Source: Terracidiphilus sp.
Lineage (GTDB): Bacteria; Acidobacteriota; Terriglobia; Terriglobales; Acidobacteriaceae
Direction of reading: 5' to 3'
Assembly (NCBI GenBank): GCA_035692885.1
Contig: DASSHM010000081.1
Span: forward strand, 1 to 54,814
DNA: 54,814 nt
Shown: one piece after another, positions 18,541 to 28,804 of the stretch
Layout of the letters: the number at the start of each line of letters is the position of its first letter
How positions within the stretch are numbered: the first letter of the stretch is position 1
Notes under the pieces: model-generated
The model's database searches: none
What the model was told of the DNA's origin: nothing
The model's input: only the letters and a program-made list of their open reading frames with translations
Program-made: the position numbers and the translations under genes

Positions 18541-19191
18541 CTAGCGCATCTGGTCAGACTTCGACTTGAGATACTTGTCGAACGCAATCTCAAAGTAGAA
18601 GAGTTCATGCCCGTCCGCATCGCGCAGTTCCTGCAGGTGCAGCTTTGAGCCTTTCAGCGGGTCGTCGAGCTGCGAGACGTCATAAAACAAAAAGCCCGCC
18701 CGGGTTGTGTGCGGTTCCACCACCAGCGCCTGATACTCAAACTGGTTAAAGTCCGCTTCAATCTCCCTGTTGCTGCCCTTGGGCTTGAGGTGAATGTCGG
18801 GCAGGGGACCCGGCAGCGGAACCTTGCCGCCCTGCCGCTCCTTGCGGGTCATCATGCGCTCCACATCCTCCGGCTCGGCCGCCTGAATCTGATCTCCCGC
18901 GGGAGTTTGAAACAGGATGCGCGCATCCCGCAGCGAGATGGGACGGTCCCCGAGGTTGGTTACGATCAGGCGAATGGGCATGACGCCGTGGCGCAGATAA
19001 TCAACGCGGAAGATCGACGCCTTCTCCTCGATGTCAAACGGCTCGGCGGCGATTGCGACCTTCTCCTGCGGGTGGACCTCCACGTCCGCGTAGGAGGTTG
19101 CGGGCTGTACCGGCGGCGCCCGGTGGTCGCGCGCGGCCGCCCCAATCGGAACAAAGATGGCCGCCGCCGCAAGTACCCTGAGAACCTTCAT
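18541..19191 (-). CDS. exported hypothetical protein
   Basis: Signal peptide MKVLRVLAAAAIFVPIGAAA followed by a beta-rich globular domain. Confidence 0.7.
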   Translation of the reverse strand: MKVLRVLAAAAIFVPIGAAARDHRAPPVQPATSYADVEVHPQEKVAIAAEPFDIEEKASIFRVDYLRHGVMPIRLIVTNLGDRPISLRDARILFQTPAGDQIQAAEPEDVERMMTRKERQGGKVPLPGPLPDIHLKPKGSNREIEADFNQFEYQALVVEPHTTRAGFLFYDVSQLDDPLKGSKLHLQELRDADGHELFYFEIAFDKYLKSKSDQMR

Positions 19192-19247
19192 CGAGCACGA
19201 GGGTATCATTTGAACGTTAGACCCGAATCACACTCAATCCGTTACGC

Positions 19248-20552
19248 ATGATTCTTTTTTTCTACAACCTGGCTCTTTTTGCGGCGCTGGTGCCCGGCGC
19301 CCCGTGGTGGCTTTGGCGCATGGCCACCACGCAGAAATACCGCGAGGGTCTCTGGTCGCGGCTGGGGCGGGTTCCTGCCTGGCTGCGCGGCGTTGGTGCC
19401 GGCCGTCCGGTCATCTGGCTGCACGCGGTCTCCGTTGGGGAGGTGCTGGCAGTTACCCGGCTGGTGGACGGGCTGGACCATACGCTGCCGGGATTCCGGG
19501 TTCTGATATCCACCACCACCCGCACCGGCCAGGCGCTGGCGCGGGAGCGCTTCGGCGCGGACCGCGTCTTCTATTGTCCGCTTGATCTTCCCTGGGCCGT
19601 CAGGGCCTACCTCACGGCGCTTCAACCACGCATGTTGATTCTGGCTGAAACGGAGTTCTGGCCCAACCTGCTCAATGGCTGCTTTCGGTGCGGCATTCCG
19701 GTGGTGGTTGCCAATGCCCGCATCTCTGACCGCTCCTGGCCGCGCTACCGCATGATGCGCGCCTTGTGGCGGCCGCTCCTTTCCAGGCTCAGCCGCGTTC
19801 TGGCGCAAAGTGATGCCGACGCCGCCCGCCTGAAGGCTCTGGGCTGTGCGGATGAAAGCATCTCAGTGGCCGGAAATCTCAAATTTGACGTCCGTGCAGC
19901 GCAGGAGGCCGAAGCAACGCGGCGGCTCAGGAGCATGGGGCAGGGGCTGCGCTTTGTGGTGGCCGGCAGCACGCTTGAGGGCGAAGAATCCGCCATGCTG
20001 GAGGCGTGGCCTGCACTGCTCCGGGCAGATGCCAAACTCGTGCTGGTGCTGGCGCCGCGCCATCCTGAGCGATTCGATTCTGTTGCGGCGCTTCTCCGGC
20101 AGTCGGGCGTGTTGTGGTCACGCCGCTCGGCATGGAACGCGCACTCTCCCGGTGAACCGCAGCCGTTGCAGCCGGGCCAAATTGTGCTCCTCGACACCAT
20201 CGGTGAGCTGGCCTCGGTCTATTCCGTGGCTTCAGTGGCATTCGTTGGTGGTAGTCTTGTGGCCTCGGGCGGCCACAACCCGCTCGAACCTGCCCAGTTC
20301 GGAGTGCCGATTGTCATGGGCCCTCACTGCGCCAACTTCCGGGCAATTACCGGCGATCTGGCCGCCCGCGAGGCCATCCGGATGGTGTCCCGGGAGGAGC
20401 TTCCAGCCGCTCTGTCCAGCCTGCTCACGGACCAGCCGGCCGCGCAGTCCATGGGGGAGCGCGCGCGCAGCGTCTTTCATCAGCAGGCCGGGGCCACAGC
20501 CAGAACCGTTCATGCGATTGAAGATCTCATGGCCACGGAGGAAGCGCGGTGA
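19248..20552 (+). CDS. waaA: Kdo transferase
   Basis: IWLHAVSVGE, ETEFWPN, NARISDRS, GNLKFD, PRHPERF, GGHNPLEPA. Confidence 0.95.
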   Translation: MILFFYNLALFAALVPGAPWWLWRMATTQKYREGLWSRLGRVPAWLRGVGAGRPVIWLHAVSVGEVLAVTRLVDGLDHTLPGFRVLISTTTRTGQALARERFGADRVFYCPLDLPWAVRAYLTALQPRMLILAETEFWPNLLNGCFRCGIPVVVANARISDRSWPRYRMMRALWRPLLSRLSRVLAQSDADAARLKALGCADESISVAGNLKFDVRAAQEAEATRRLRSMGQGLRFVVAGSTLEGEESAMLEAWPALLRADAKLVLVLAPRHPERFDSVAALLRQSGVLWSRRSAWNAHSPGEPQPLQPGQIVLLDTIGELASVYSVASVAFVGGSLVASGGHNPLEPAQFGVPIVMGPHCANFRAITGDLAAREAIRMVSREELPAALSSLLTDQPAAQSMGERARSVFHQQAGATARTVHAIEDLMATEEAR

Positions 20553-21601
20553 TGAAGCGCCCGTGGCTGCTTCCGCTCACGCCCCTCTACGCTGGCGCGG
20601 TGGCCCTGCGCAACCTGCGCCTCGCCTGTGGATGGGAGCAACCTCAGCGTCTGGGCTGGCCGGTGATGAGCGTCGGCAATCTCTCCACCGGCGGCCTGGG
20701 CAAGACGCCGCTCGTGATCGCCCTGGCCCGGCTGCTTGCCCAGCGGGGCGTCCGTGTCGACGTGCTTTCCCGGGGGTACGGCCGCCGCAGCAATCTGCCG
20801 CAGCGCGTCCAATCTGATGGCAGTGTCGCGGAGTTCGGCGATGAGCCCTTGCTCATCGCCCGCTCGCTTGGTTTGCCGGTGTTTGTTGCCGCGGAGCGCT
20901 ACGATGCCGGCCTACTGGCTGAAGCGGCGCGTGATACTGCGACCCAGCCCGGAGTTCAGCACGGCGGGACGCTCGCCGCTCATCTTCTTGACGACGGCTT
21001 CCAGCACCGCCAACTCGCCCGTGATATCGACATTCTGGTACTGAACCGTGCGGACTGGCACGGCAGCCTGTTGCCTGCGGGCAACCTGCGTGAGAGCAGG
21101 CAGGCCGCCCGTCGCGCCGCTGTCCTTATCATTCCTGCTGCAGAACCGGAGCTTGAGGCGGAGTTGCGCTCGTGGGGTTTTACGGGGCCCATATGGCGGC
21201 ATCGGCGCAGGATGCAGGTTCCTGACGTCTCCGGACCCGTGTCCGCATTCTGCGGAATTGCCCGGCCGGACCAGTTTTTTGCCGGGCTGCAGGAATCGGG
21301 GCTGAATGTGGCCACCCGCACCGCATTTCGCGACCATCATCGCTTTACGGCGCAGGACATGCAAAGCCTGATCGCCTCAGCGCGTTCCGCCGGAGCGGTG
21401 GCGCTGGTGACCACGGAGAAGGATCTGGTGCGGATTGGGGACATAAGATCACTTGTTCCGCAATCGGTTCTGGACTCGATGCCGCTCCTGCCCGTGCGGC
21501 TCACGGTCGAAATCGAGCACGCATCCGCGGCGATGGATTGGCTGATTGCGCGCCTCAGAGCGGTCAAAACCGCTCCCGTCAAAGCTGGCGCGGCCCTGTG
21601 A
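20549..21601 (+). CDS. lpxK: tetraacyldisaccharide 4'-kinase
   Basis: SVGNLSTGGLGKTP, SRGYG, GDEP, LDDGFQH, LLPAGNLRE, TTEKD. Confidence 0.95.
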   Translation: MMKRPWLLPLTPLYAGAVALRNLRLACGWEQPQRLGWPVMSVGNLSTGGLGKTPLVIALARLLAQRGVRVDVLSRGYGRRSNLPQRVQSDGSVAEFGDEPLLIARSLGLPVFVAAERYDAGLLAEAARDTATQPGVQHGGTLAAHLLDDGFQHRQLARDIDILVLNRADWHGSLLPAGNLRESRQAARRAAVLIIPAAEPELEAELRSWGFTGPIWRHRRRMQVPDVSGPVSAFCGIARPDQFFAGLQESGLNVATRTAFRDHHRFTAQDMQSLIASARSAGAVALVTTEKDLVRIGDIRSLVPQSVLDSMPLLPVRLTVEIEHASAAMDWLIARLRAVKTAPVKAGAAL

Positions 21602-21613
21602 GAAAATCAGAAC

Positions 21614-22708
21614 TTGCAGACCCAGCCTGAGTTTCGCCTGCTCGTGGTGCGTCTTGGCGCCATGGGAGACATCCTGCATGCTTTGCCAGCCCTTACTGCG
21701 TTACGGGTGGCCCATCCCGGCTGGGTGATTGACTGGGTGGTGGAGCCCCGGTGGCGCGCGCTGCTCGCCGCCTCAGACAGCCGGGGGCGCGATACCGCTG
21801 GTCCCTCGGCCCGCCAGCCGCTGGTGGACACACTGCATCCGGCCGCAACCCGGGACTGGCGCCGCCGTCCTGCAAGCAGGGCGACATTGCTTGCCATCCG
21901 TGGCTTGCGGACTTCACTGCGCGGTGGGGCCTATGATGCGGTCCTCGACCTGCAGGGAGCGTTGCGATCGGCCGTCATCAGCCGCATGGCTGCCTCTGGC
22001 CGTATCATCGGGGAGGCCGCGCCGCGCGAGCGGGCCGCGCGCTGGTTGTTTACTGAGCGCGTTGCCACTCAAGGCGTCCACGTCATCGAGCAGGATATTG
22101 AGCTGGCCTCGGCCGTTGTCGGTGATGTGCTGGCCCCCGTCCTGCCCGCCCTGCCCGTCGACGCCGAAGCTGAGACCTGGGCCGATGGCTTCCTCCAGGG
22201 CTCGGCTTCCGGCTCCGTTGTGCTCCTGAATCCGGGCGCGGGCTGGGGCGCAAAGCGCTGGCCAATTGACCGCTATATCTTTGTCGCTGCAGAGCTCATC
22301 AAAGACGGCCACCGGATTTTCGTGAATGTTGGACCGGGTGAGCGGGAGCTGGCCGAGGCGCTTGTGAAGCGGACAGGCAGCAGTTCCACCTCCTTCTCCG
22401 GCTCGCTGGATCAGCTCATCGCGCTCACGCGCCGGGTTGCGCTGGTCATCGCCGGTGACACCGGGCCGTTGCATCTGGCCTGCGCCCTGGGCCGTCCCGT
22501 GGTGGGCATCTACGGGCCCACTGATCCGGCCCGTAACGGTCCTTTTGGTACACAATTTCGCGTCCTCCGCAGCCCGCAAAGCCGCCGCGACCACACCCGG
22601 CGCGCTGCGCCGGAGGCTGGGCTGCTCACCATCCAGTTCGGCCAGGTACTCGAGGCCGCCCGCGAGTTGCTATATCCTGACACCGCCCGGAACATGCCCG
22701 ATGACTGA
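21614..22708 (+). CDS. waaC: GT9 LPS heptosyltransferase (WaaC-like)
   Basis: RLGAMGDILH, DLQG, PGAGWGAKRWP, GDTGPLHLA, YGPTDP. Confidence 0.82.
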   Translation: MQTQPEFRLLVVRLGAMGDILHALPALTALRVAHPGWVIDWVVEPRWRALLAASDSRGRDTAGPSARQPLVDTLHPAATRDWRRRPASRATLLAIRGLRTSLRGGAYDAVLDLQGALRSAVISRMAASGRIIGEAAPRERAARWLFTERVATQGVHVIEQDIELASAVVGDVLAPVLPALPVDAEAETWADGFLQGSASGSVVLLNPGAGWGAKRWPIDRYIFVAAELIKDGHRIFVNVGPGERELAEALVKRTGSSSTSFSGSLDQLIALTRRVALVIAGDTGPLHLACALGRPVVGIYGPTDPARNGPFGTQFRVLRSPQSRRDHTRRAAPEAGLLTIQFGQVLEAARELLYPDTARNMPDD

Positions 22709-23354
22709 GCCCAGCAACCCATCAAATCAGGAATTCAACAGCCCAGCCAACGCTGCTCAACAGCCGCCTGACTGGATTGCCCACTGGCAGCGTCTGGCGC
22801 GCCGGATTCGCGTGCCGCTCGGGTTTCTTGTTGCGGCTCTCTACCTCTTTGAACTGTGGCGTCGCTCGCCGCAGCCGGCCGCAATCGCGTGGAGCCTGGC
22901 GCTCGTTGTTCCCGGCCTGTGGCTGCGCGGATACGCCGCCGGGTATGTGAAAAAGAATCGCGAGCTCACCCAGACCGGGCCGTACGCTCATACCCGCAAT
23001 CCTCTCTATCTGGGCTCCATGCTCATTGCGGCGGGCTTTGCCCTGGCTCTGCTCAGTTGGGCGGTCGCTCTGGTGCTGGCGGCGGGTTTTCTTCTTATTT
23101 ACGTCCCCGTCATCGCGGCTGAAGAGCGCTTTCTCCACGCGGCCTTCAAGGAATTCAACGCCTATTGCCGTCGTGTTCCCCGCCTCATTCCGCGTCTCAC
23201 TCCGGCTCCCTGTCCAGCGGCCCGGGGCCGCTTCTCATTCGCGCTCTATCTGCGGCACCGCGAGTACAATGCAGCTATAGGGGCCGCACTGCTCTACATC
23301 AGTCTGCTCCTCCTACGGCCGGCTCTGGGCGCACTCGTTCATGGGTGGCGATGA
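22701..23354 (+). CDS. isoprenylcysteine carboxyl methyltransferase (ICMT/PEMT) family membrane methyltransferase; LmtA-like candidate
   Basis: LTQTGPYAHTRNPLYLG and EERFL....F..Y...VPR motifs; multiple TM helices. Start overlaps the waaC stop. Confidence 0.8.
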   Translation: MTEPSNPSNQEFNSPANAAQQPPDWIAHWQRLARRIRVPLGFLVAALYLFELWRRSPQPAAIAWSLALVVPGLWLRGYAAGYVKKNRELTQTGPYAHTRNPLYLGSMLIAAGFALALLSWAVALVLAAGFLLIYVPVIAAEERFLHAAFKEFNAYCRRVPRLIPRLTPAPCPAARGRFSFALYLRHREYNAAIGAALLYISLLLLRPALGALVHGWR

Positions 23355-23402
23355 GCGATGTCTGCGTTCTGCTAGTCAACAGAGAAGGAGCCAATCCCGA
23401 AG

Positions 23403-24173
23403 GTGAAGAAGCGCGCGACCCTGGCGACCATCCTTGGCGCCCTTATCATGGCTGTCGCTCTGCCCGGCCAGCAGATGCCATCGCTTGCGCCGCCGCGGGC
23501 CGGCTTCAGTTTTCCCCAGAAGCAGACGCTCACCTATTCGGTTGACTGGCGCGTCTTCCCGGCAGGAACCGCGGTGGTGCACTTTGAGCAGGAGGGCGAC
23601 CGCGAACACATCACTGCCACCGCCTACACCATCGGCGCCATCAATCTTCTCTTCCGCGTCAATGACCACTTTCAATCAGTGATTGACCGCGCCCGCGGCT
23701 GCACTTACCAGTTTGACAAGCAGACCGTGGAAGGACGCCGCCAGGTCAACTCTACCCTTCGGCTTGACTACGGCCAGTCCAGGGCAATCCTCGATGAAAA
23801 GAACCTTGTCACCGGGCAGGGCCGGCACGTTGAGTCGAAGATTCCGGGCTGCGTGACTGACCTGCTCACCGGCGTCTTTTACACTGCATCGCAACCGCTT
23901 GAGGTGGGCAGAAACTTCATCATCCCGCTGGTTGATGCCACGCATAACGTGCCCGTAACCATCAAGGTGGAGGGCCGTGAAGAGGTGCGGACGCCCCTGG
24001 GATCCTTCAAGACCATTCGCGTGCAGCCCACGGCCGCCGCCGGGGTGGTCAAGAATCGCGGCAACATCTGGATCTGGTACACCGACGATGAGCGCCACCT
24101 GCCAGTGCAGATGCGCGCGCGTCTGTTCTGGGGCACCATCACCTTCAGGCTCATCGGCAACGAGAACAAATAG
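23403..24173 (+). CDS. DUF3108-like exported beta-rich protein
   Basis: Signal peptide; GREEVRTPLGSF...IWYTDD..HLPV pattern. Confidence 0.7.
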   Translation: MKKRATLATILGALIMAVALPGQQMPSLAPPRAGFSFPQKQTLTYSVDWRVFPAGTAVVHFEQEGDREHITATAYTIGAINLLFRVNDHFQSVIDRARGCTYQFDKQTVEGRRQVNSTLRLDYGQSRAILDEKNLVTGQGRHVESKIPGCVTDLLTGVFYTASQPLEVGRNFIIPLVDATHNVPVTIKVEGREEVRTPLGSFKTIRVQPTAAAGVVKNRGNIWIWYTDDERHLPVQMRARLFWGTITFRLIGNENK

Positions 24174-24219
24174 CGCGGCCACGGCATCGCCACTGCCTCA
24201 GGCTCGCGGCACTCCACGC

Positions 24220-24549
24220 CTACTGCATTCGATACCGCTCGCGCATCAGACGCTGCAGCCGCGGCCAGTAAATCAGGTTGAAGGCCAGTTCCTTGTCGGG
24301 AAACATGGCCAGCGCGGCACGGCGCGTGTCCGCCGCCATCTCTGAGGCCTCGTCCACCGTCAGCGTCGCATCCTGTGCAATCACCTGCATCACCATATTC
24401 ACCATCATCTGCAGGCGGCGGATTTTACGGCTCTCCTCCCTCAACTCTTCAGGCGACTGCGCCTGCCCGCGAGCCTCGCCAGCGGGGCCGGCCGTGCCGG
24501 TTGGGGAAGCCTCCTGCAGCCGCTCCCAGGGGCGCTTCGATAGGCTCAT
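24220..24549 (-). CDS. hypothetical helical protein
   Basis: Plausible composition, GGAGG upstream, divergent from mnmG. Confidence 0.65.
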   Translation of the reverse strand: MSLSKRPWERLQEASPTGTAGPAGEARGQAQSPEELREESRKIRRLQMMVNMVMQVIAQDATLTVDEASEMAADTRRAALAMFPDKELAFNLIYWPRLQRLMRERYRMQ

Positions 24550-24678
24550 GGTGCCGTTCCTCCGTCGGGTGGGTGGAGTGCTTGCGTTGGGGGCATGGTA
24601 GCACTGTTCGCACCCCCGGCTGGGTCACCATGGTCACGGGCTTCGCCTTGCCTGAGCAATCCGTACAATGGAAGCAGG

Positions 24679-26679
24679 ATGAGTTTTGCCGAGCAATACG
24701 ATGTCGCCGTTGTTGGAGCCGGGCACGCCGGATGCGAGGCGGCCATGGCGGCGGCCCGCATGGGCCTTAAGACCGCGTTGATCACCATGAACCTTGACCT
24801 GATCGCCCAGATGAGCTGCAACCCGGCCATCGGCGGTGTGGCCAAGGGGCACCTCGTGCGTGAGGTTGACGCGCTCGGCGGCGTCATGGGCGAGGTGGCC
24901 GATGCCGTCGGCATCCAGTTTCGCCTGCTCAACACCTCGCGCGGGCCCGCGGTGTGGAGCCCCCGCGCACAGTGCGACAAGCAACTTTATCGGGTAAGGA
25001 TGCGCGAAGTGCTTGAGGCGCAGCAGGACCTCCACATCCGCCAGGCCGAGGTTGTTGACCTGGTGATGGAGGAGGCGGCGGGTGGCGGCGAGCTGGAATT
25101 CTTTAACACAGATGAAATCCCCCGCCCGGTCCGTCTGCGGCGTCGCGTGCTCGGCCTCAGGCTTCGCGACGGCCGGCGCCTGCTCGCCGGCGCCACCATT
25201 ATCACCACCGGCACATTTCTCAACGGGCTTATCCATTGCGGTGAAGAGCGCTATCCGGCCGGCCGCAGCGGCGAGCCCGCCAGCGTGCTGCTGGGTGAGG
25301 CGCTGCGCGCCTTGGGCCTGCGCACCTGCCGCCTCAAGACCGGCACACCTCCGCGCCTCGACGGCCGCACCATCCGCTGGGATGCGTTTGATGAGCAGCC
25401 GGGCGACGCCGATCCCACGCCCTTCAGCTTCCGCACCACCAGGATTGCGCAGCCGCAGGTCAGTTGCCATATCGCGTTCACCACGCCGGAGACACTCCGC
25501 CTCATCCGCGAGAATGTGCACCGCTCGGCGATGTATTCCGGGCAGATTTCAGGAGTCGGACCACGCTACTGCCCGTCCATTGAGGACAAGATTGTCAAGT
25601 TCCCCGACAAGACCCAGCACCAGTTCTTCCTCGAGCCCGAGGGGCTCAACACTCACGAGGTGTACGTCAACGGCATGTCCACCTCGCTGCCCATGGAGGT
25701 GCAATGGCAGATTGTGCACTCCATCCCCGGGCTCGACCACGCCGAGATGCTGCGCCCCGGCTACGCCATCGAGTACGACAGCGTCGATGCCACTGAGCTG
25801 GACCGCTCCCTGCGCGTCAAGTGTATGGAGGGGCTCTACCTTGCCGGGCAGATTAACGGCACCAGCGGCTACGAGGAGGCGGCCTGCCAGGGCATTATGG
25901 CGGGCATCAACGCTGCGTTGTGGCTCAAGGGGCAGCCGCCCTTCACCATGGACCGCGCCGAGGGCTATACCGGCATCCTGATTGATGACTTGATCTCCAA
26001 GGGCACCAATGAGCCGTATCGCATGTTTACCTCGCGCGCGGAGTTCAGGCTGCATCTGCGCATTGACAACGCCGACCGCCGCCTTACTCCGCACGGCAGG
26101 CGGCTTGGCCTCATCGGTGACGGCGCATGGGCGCAACATGAGCAGAAGCAGGCTCGCATGGCCGCGCTGGAGCGCCTGTTGACTGCGGGCAAAGTCGATG
26201 CCGCGGCGCTCGGTGGCTCCGGGCTCGGCCAGTTGACCGGCATCAGCGGTCTCACCTGGGCGCAACTGCTCAAGCGGCCCGAGGTGGGCATTGAGCCGGT
26301 GCTCCACGCCATCCGTGAAGACTTGAGGCAGGAGCCTTTGCTGGCCGCATGGGCCGCGCGCCTGGATGAACACGGCAGCGTGGATGCCGCGGTGCTGCGC
26401 AACGAAGCCCGCGCCGTCGAAACCGAAATCAAGTTCGCCGGCTATCTCGATCAGCAGAAGAAATCGATTCAGAAGCTCAAGGCCGCCGAAGCCGTCGTCA
26501 TCCCGGAGTGGCTGCGGTACGAAGGCATCAGCGGTCTCTCGCGTGAGATGCGCGAAAAACTGGAGCGCATCCGTCCGCAGACCATCGGCCAGGCCAGCCG
26601 CATCCCGGGCGTCACACCCGCAGCGCTCAGCCTCGTGCATGTGTCAATCCGCGCGCAGGCCGGCCGCCGCGCCAGTTGA
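24679..26679 (+). CDS. mnmG: tRNA uridine-5-carboxymethylaminomethyl(34) synthesis enzyme
   Basis: [56 protein letters not shown]. Confidence 0.97.
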   Translation: MSFAEQYDVAVVGAGHAGCEAAMAAARMGLKTALITMNLDLIAQMSCNPAIGGVAKGHLVREVDALGGVMGEVADAVGIQFRLLNTSRGPAVWSPRAQCDKQLYRVRMREVLEAQQDLHIRQAEVVDLVMEEAAGGGELEFFNTDEIPRPVRLRRRVLGLRLRDGRRLLAGATIITTGTFLNGLIHCGEERYPAGRSGEPASVLLGEALRALGLRTCRLKTGTPPRLDGRTIRWDAFDEQPGDADPTPFSFRTTRIAQPQVSCHIAFTTPETLRLIRENVHRSAMYSGQISGVGPRYCPSIEDKIVKFPDKTQHQFFLEPEGLNTHEVYVNGMSTSLPMEVQWQIVHSIPGLDHAEMLRPGYAIEYDSVDATELDRSLRVKCMEGLYLAGQINGTSGYEEAACQGIMAGINAALWLKGQPPFTMDRAEGYTGILIDDLISKGTNEPYRMFTSRAEFRLHLRIDNADRRLTPHGRRLGLIGDGAWAQHEQKQARMAALERLLTAGKVDAAALGGSGLGQLTGISGLTWAQLLKRPEVGIEPVLHAIREDLRQEPLLAAWAARLDEHGSVDAAVLRNEARAVETEIKFAGYLDQQKKSIQKLKAAEAVVIPEWLRYEGISGLSREMREKLERIRPQTIGQASRIPGVTPAALSLVHVSIRAQAGRRAS

Positions 26680-26846
26680 TGCGCAGCGTTCCACCGCGCA
26701 TCGTGATTGCGTGCAATAGCGTCTCCGCGGCATGACTCGATTCACTTGGGTCACCCTTGAGTGACGCCGCAGGCAATGCAATACGGATGGGGATTCAGCC
26801 TCGGATTGAGACGTGTGCGCCTGACATGCGTGTGAGAAGCATGCCG

Positions 26847-27410
26847 CTAGTTCTTCTTGTCGCTCGAGAAAAATGGAATATGAAACGGAGAATTCGAGCT
26901 GGATCTCTTCCTGCCCTTATCCTTTCCGTCCGCGTCTTCGCGCAGCAGCGTACGTTGCGAGCTGATGCACTTCCATCTGCCGTGGTCACGCTGGAAAACA
27001 TGTGTGAATACGCCCTTCTCATCCACCTCGGACGAATCCACGCGATGATGGAGCAGATAGGTGCCGTTCACCAGGGCAACATCGCCCAGCATGCGCACCG
27101 CCACCACGCGCTGCCTCACGTGCAGCGTCTTGTCATCGCTTGAGAGCATGTTGGCCACCTGCTGGTCGCGGGTGGTCACGTCGCCTGATGCTGAAATGTT
27201 CACCAGTTGGGGAGACAGCGCGAGTTCAAGACCGAATTGGTCGCGCTGGTTGATTGCATTTGACCAGGAGTCTTCGAGGCCCTGGAATTCGGTAATCTCC
27301 GCCGAAGTGGCGCCAGCGGCTGACGCGGCATTCGCTGTCTGACCTACGACCGGGCCAACCGCAACAAAACAAAGCGCAACAGCGCAACAGTAGGTACGCA
27401 ATCGAAACAT
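26847..27410 (-). CDS. exported NTF2-like (DUF4440) protein
   Basis: Signal peptide; VRMLGDVALV...FTHVF....GRWKCISSQ pattern. Confidence 0.75.
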   Translation of the reverse strand: MFRLRTYCCAVALCFVAVGPVVGQTANAASAAGATSAEITEFQGLEDSWSNAINQRDQFGLELALSPQLVNISASGDVTTRDQQVANMLSSDDKTLHVRQRVVAVRMLGDVALVNGTYLLHHRVDSSEVDEKGVFTHVFQRDHGRWKCISSQRTLLREDADGKDKGRKRSSSNSPFHIPFFSSDKKN

Positions 27411-27600
27411 CGATGAGTTTAACTCCTCCGGGTCATTCTTCTGCTTAGACTCCGCGCCCCGGCCGGACGAAAGCGTCTGCGCGAAAACCGCCCCTGCATG
27501 GGTGCTTCAGGGCCCGCTGCGTTATGCATCATTCCAGCGGCTTAAATCGCACTTGCCGGGCAAGCGGGACGATCTTGCTGCCGCACAGCCCTGCGGCGTG

Positions 27601-27616
27601 TGTGATGGCCGTCACC
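27601..27616. promoter_or_regulatory. CRP/FNR-family-like inverted repeat
   Basis: TGTGA-N6-TCACC, one mismatch from TGTGA-N6-TCACA, upstream of the cytochrome cluster. Confidence 0.45.
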
Positions 27617-27702
27617 GTTTCCAGTGCCGGAACTGGGTAGGATTCAGCCCATCATGTGATGTCTTGTCCCGCGGGCTCCCGGAGATCGGAGGGCGGTCAA
27701 TT

Positions 27703-27719
27703 CCGGCAAGCCGGTTGCG
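27703..27719 (+). promoter_or_regulatory. candidate sigma54 (-24/-12) promoter
   Basis: CCGGCAAGCCGGTTGCG: GG (27705-6), 10 nt, GC (27717-8), with TTGC. Confidence 0.4.
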
Positions 27720-27740
27720 GCACAAGCTCAGCATGACCGC

Positions 27741-28793
27741 ATGGACGATGAGTTGGAAGTTGAGGCTGGACCGCATGCCGGCGAAGTAGAGCTCCCGAGG
27801 TGGATATTCATGCGTCGCGTTGGGTCAGTTTCGTCATTACGAACGGATGCGGTGTTGTTTGGCGTGTCGGTACTGCGCGCCGGTCTTCTGTCGTTCCTCG
27901 GCGTCATGTTTCTCTGCGCTCCAGCGGTGGCTGCTCCGGCAGGCCGCGCAGGGCCGAGCGGTGACCAGAAGGCTTCCGCCGCTCCCAGTGAAGATGCGAG
28001 TACTGAAACATGTGCCACCTGTCACGAAGACGTGGTCAGGAACTTCTCCACCAATCCTCATGCGCGCATCAGCATGATGCGCAGCGGCCCTGCCGTCACC
28101 TGTGAGGCATGCCATGGGCCCGGCAAGGCACATGTGGAGAGCGGAGGAGACAAGTCCAAGATCATTGACCTGGCCACGGCCCCTGTGCAGGCGGTGGATC
28201 AGAAATGTCTGACCTGCCACCAGGGCAATCATGAGAACTTCGAGCGCTCGGCCCACGGCGAAGCCAACGTGGGCTGTATCAGTTGCCATAGCGTTCACGC
28301 TGCCGGGGATGCCGGTCATCTGCTCAAGGCCGAGGAACCGAAGCTCTGCTTCCAATGCCACACGGACGTCAAGCCGCAGTTCGCCATGCCTTTCCATCAC
28401 AAGGTGGAAGAGGGCCTGCTGAGGTGTTCCGACTGCCACGATCCGCATGGCACCTTTGACACGAAGCTGCTCCGCTCCTCGGCGCAGCAGGACGCAGTTT
28501 GCACCAAGTGCCACACCGAGACTGCGGGTCCATTTGTCTATGAGCATCCCGTGGTCCGGGCCGAGGGATGTACGGCCTGTCACACGCCACATGGCGGCCC
28601 GAATCCCCGCCTGCTCAAGCAGGCCAACGTGAATACGCTGTGCCTGCAGTGCCACACGCCTTCGCCAAACTTCGGCACAGCCGGCATACCAACCTTCCAC
28701 ACCCAGAGCACGCAGTATCAGGCATGCACGGTCTGTCACACGAGCATTCATGGCTCCAACACCAGCCCCATTTTCTTCAACTCCACCGAGTAA
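27741..28793 (+). CDS. decaheme c-type cytochrome, DmsE/MtrA/MtoA/PioA family
   Basis: Ten CxxCH motifs (CATCH, CEACH, CLTCH, CISCH, CFQCH, CSDCH, CTKCH, CTACH, CLQCH, CTVCH), GPFVYEHP and terminal IHGSN. True start may be 27810 or later. Confidence 0.93.
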   Translation: MDDELEVEAGPHAGEVELPRWIFMRRVGSVSSLRTDAVLFGVSVLRAGLLSFLGVMFLCAPAVAAPAGRAGPSGDQKASAAPSEDASTETCATCHEDVVRNFSTNPHARISMMRSGPAVTCEACHGPGKAHVESGGDKSKIIDLATAPVQAVDQKCLTCHQGNHENFERSAHGEANVGCISCHSVHAAGDAGHLLKAEEPKLCFQCHTDVKPQFAMPFHHKVEEGLLRCSDCHDPHGTFDTKLLRSSAQQDAVCTKCHTETAGPFVYEHPVVRAEGCTACHTPHGGPNPRLLKQANVNTLCLQCHTPSPNFGTAGIPTFHTQSTQYQACTVCHTSIHGSNTSPIFFNSTE

Positions 28794-28804
28794 GGGCACA
28801 AGCG

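Noticed and set aside
28568-28804. N-terminal extension of the porin ORF overlapping the decaheme gene (possible frameshift fusion)
   Set aside because: The decaheme ends normally (IHGSN..F, stop 28793) and the porin has its own ATG at 28805 with a signal peptide. No slippery site is evident.
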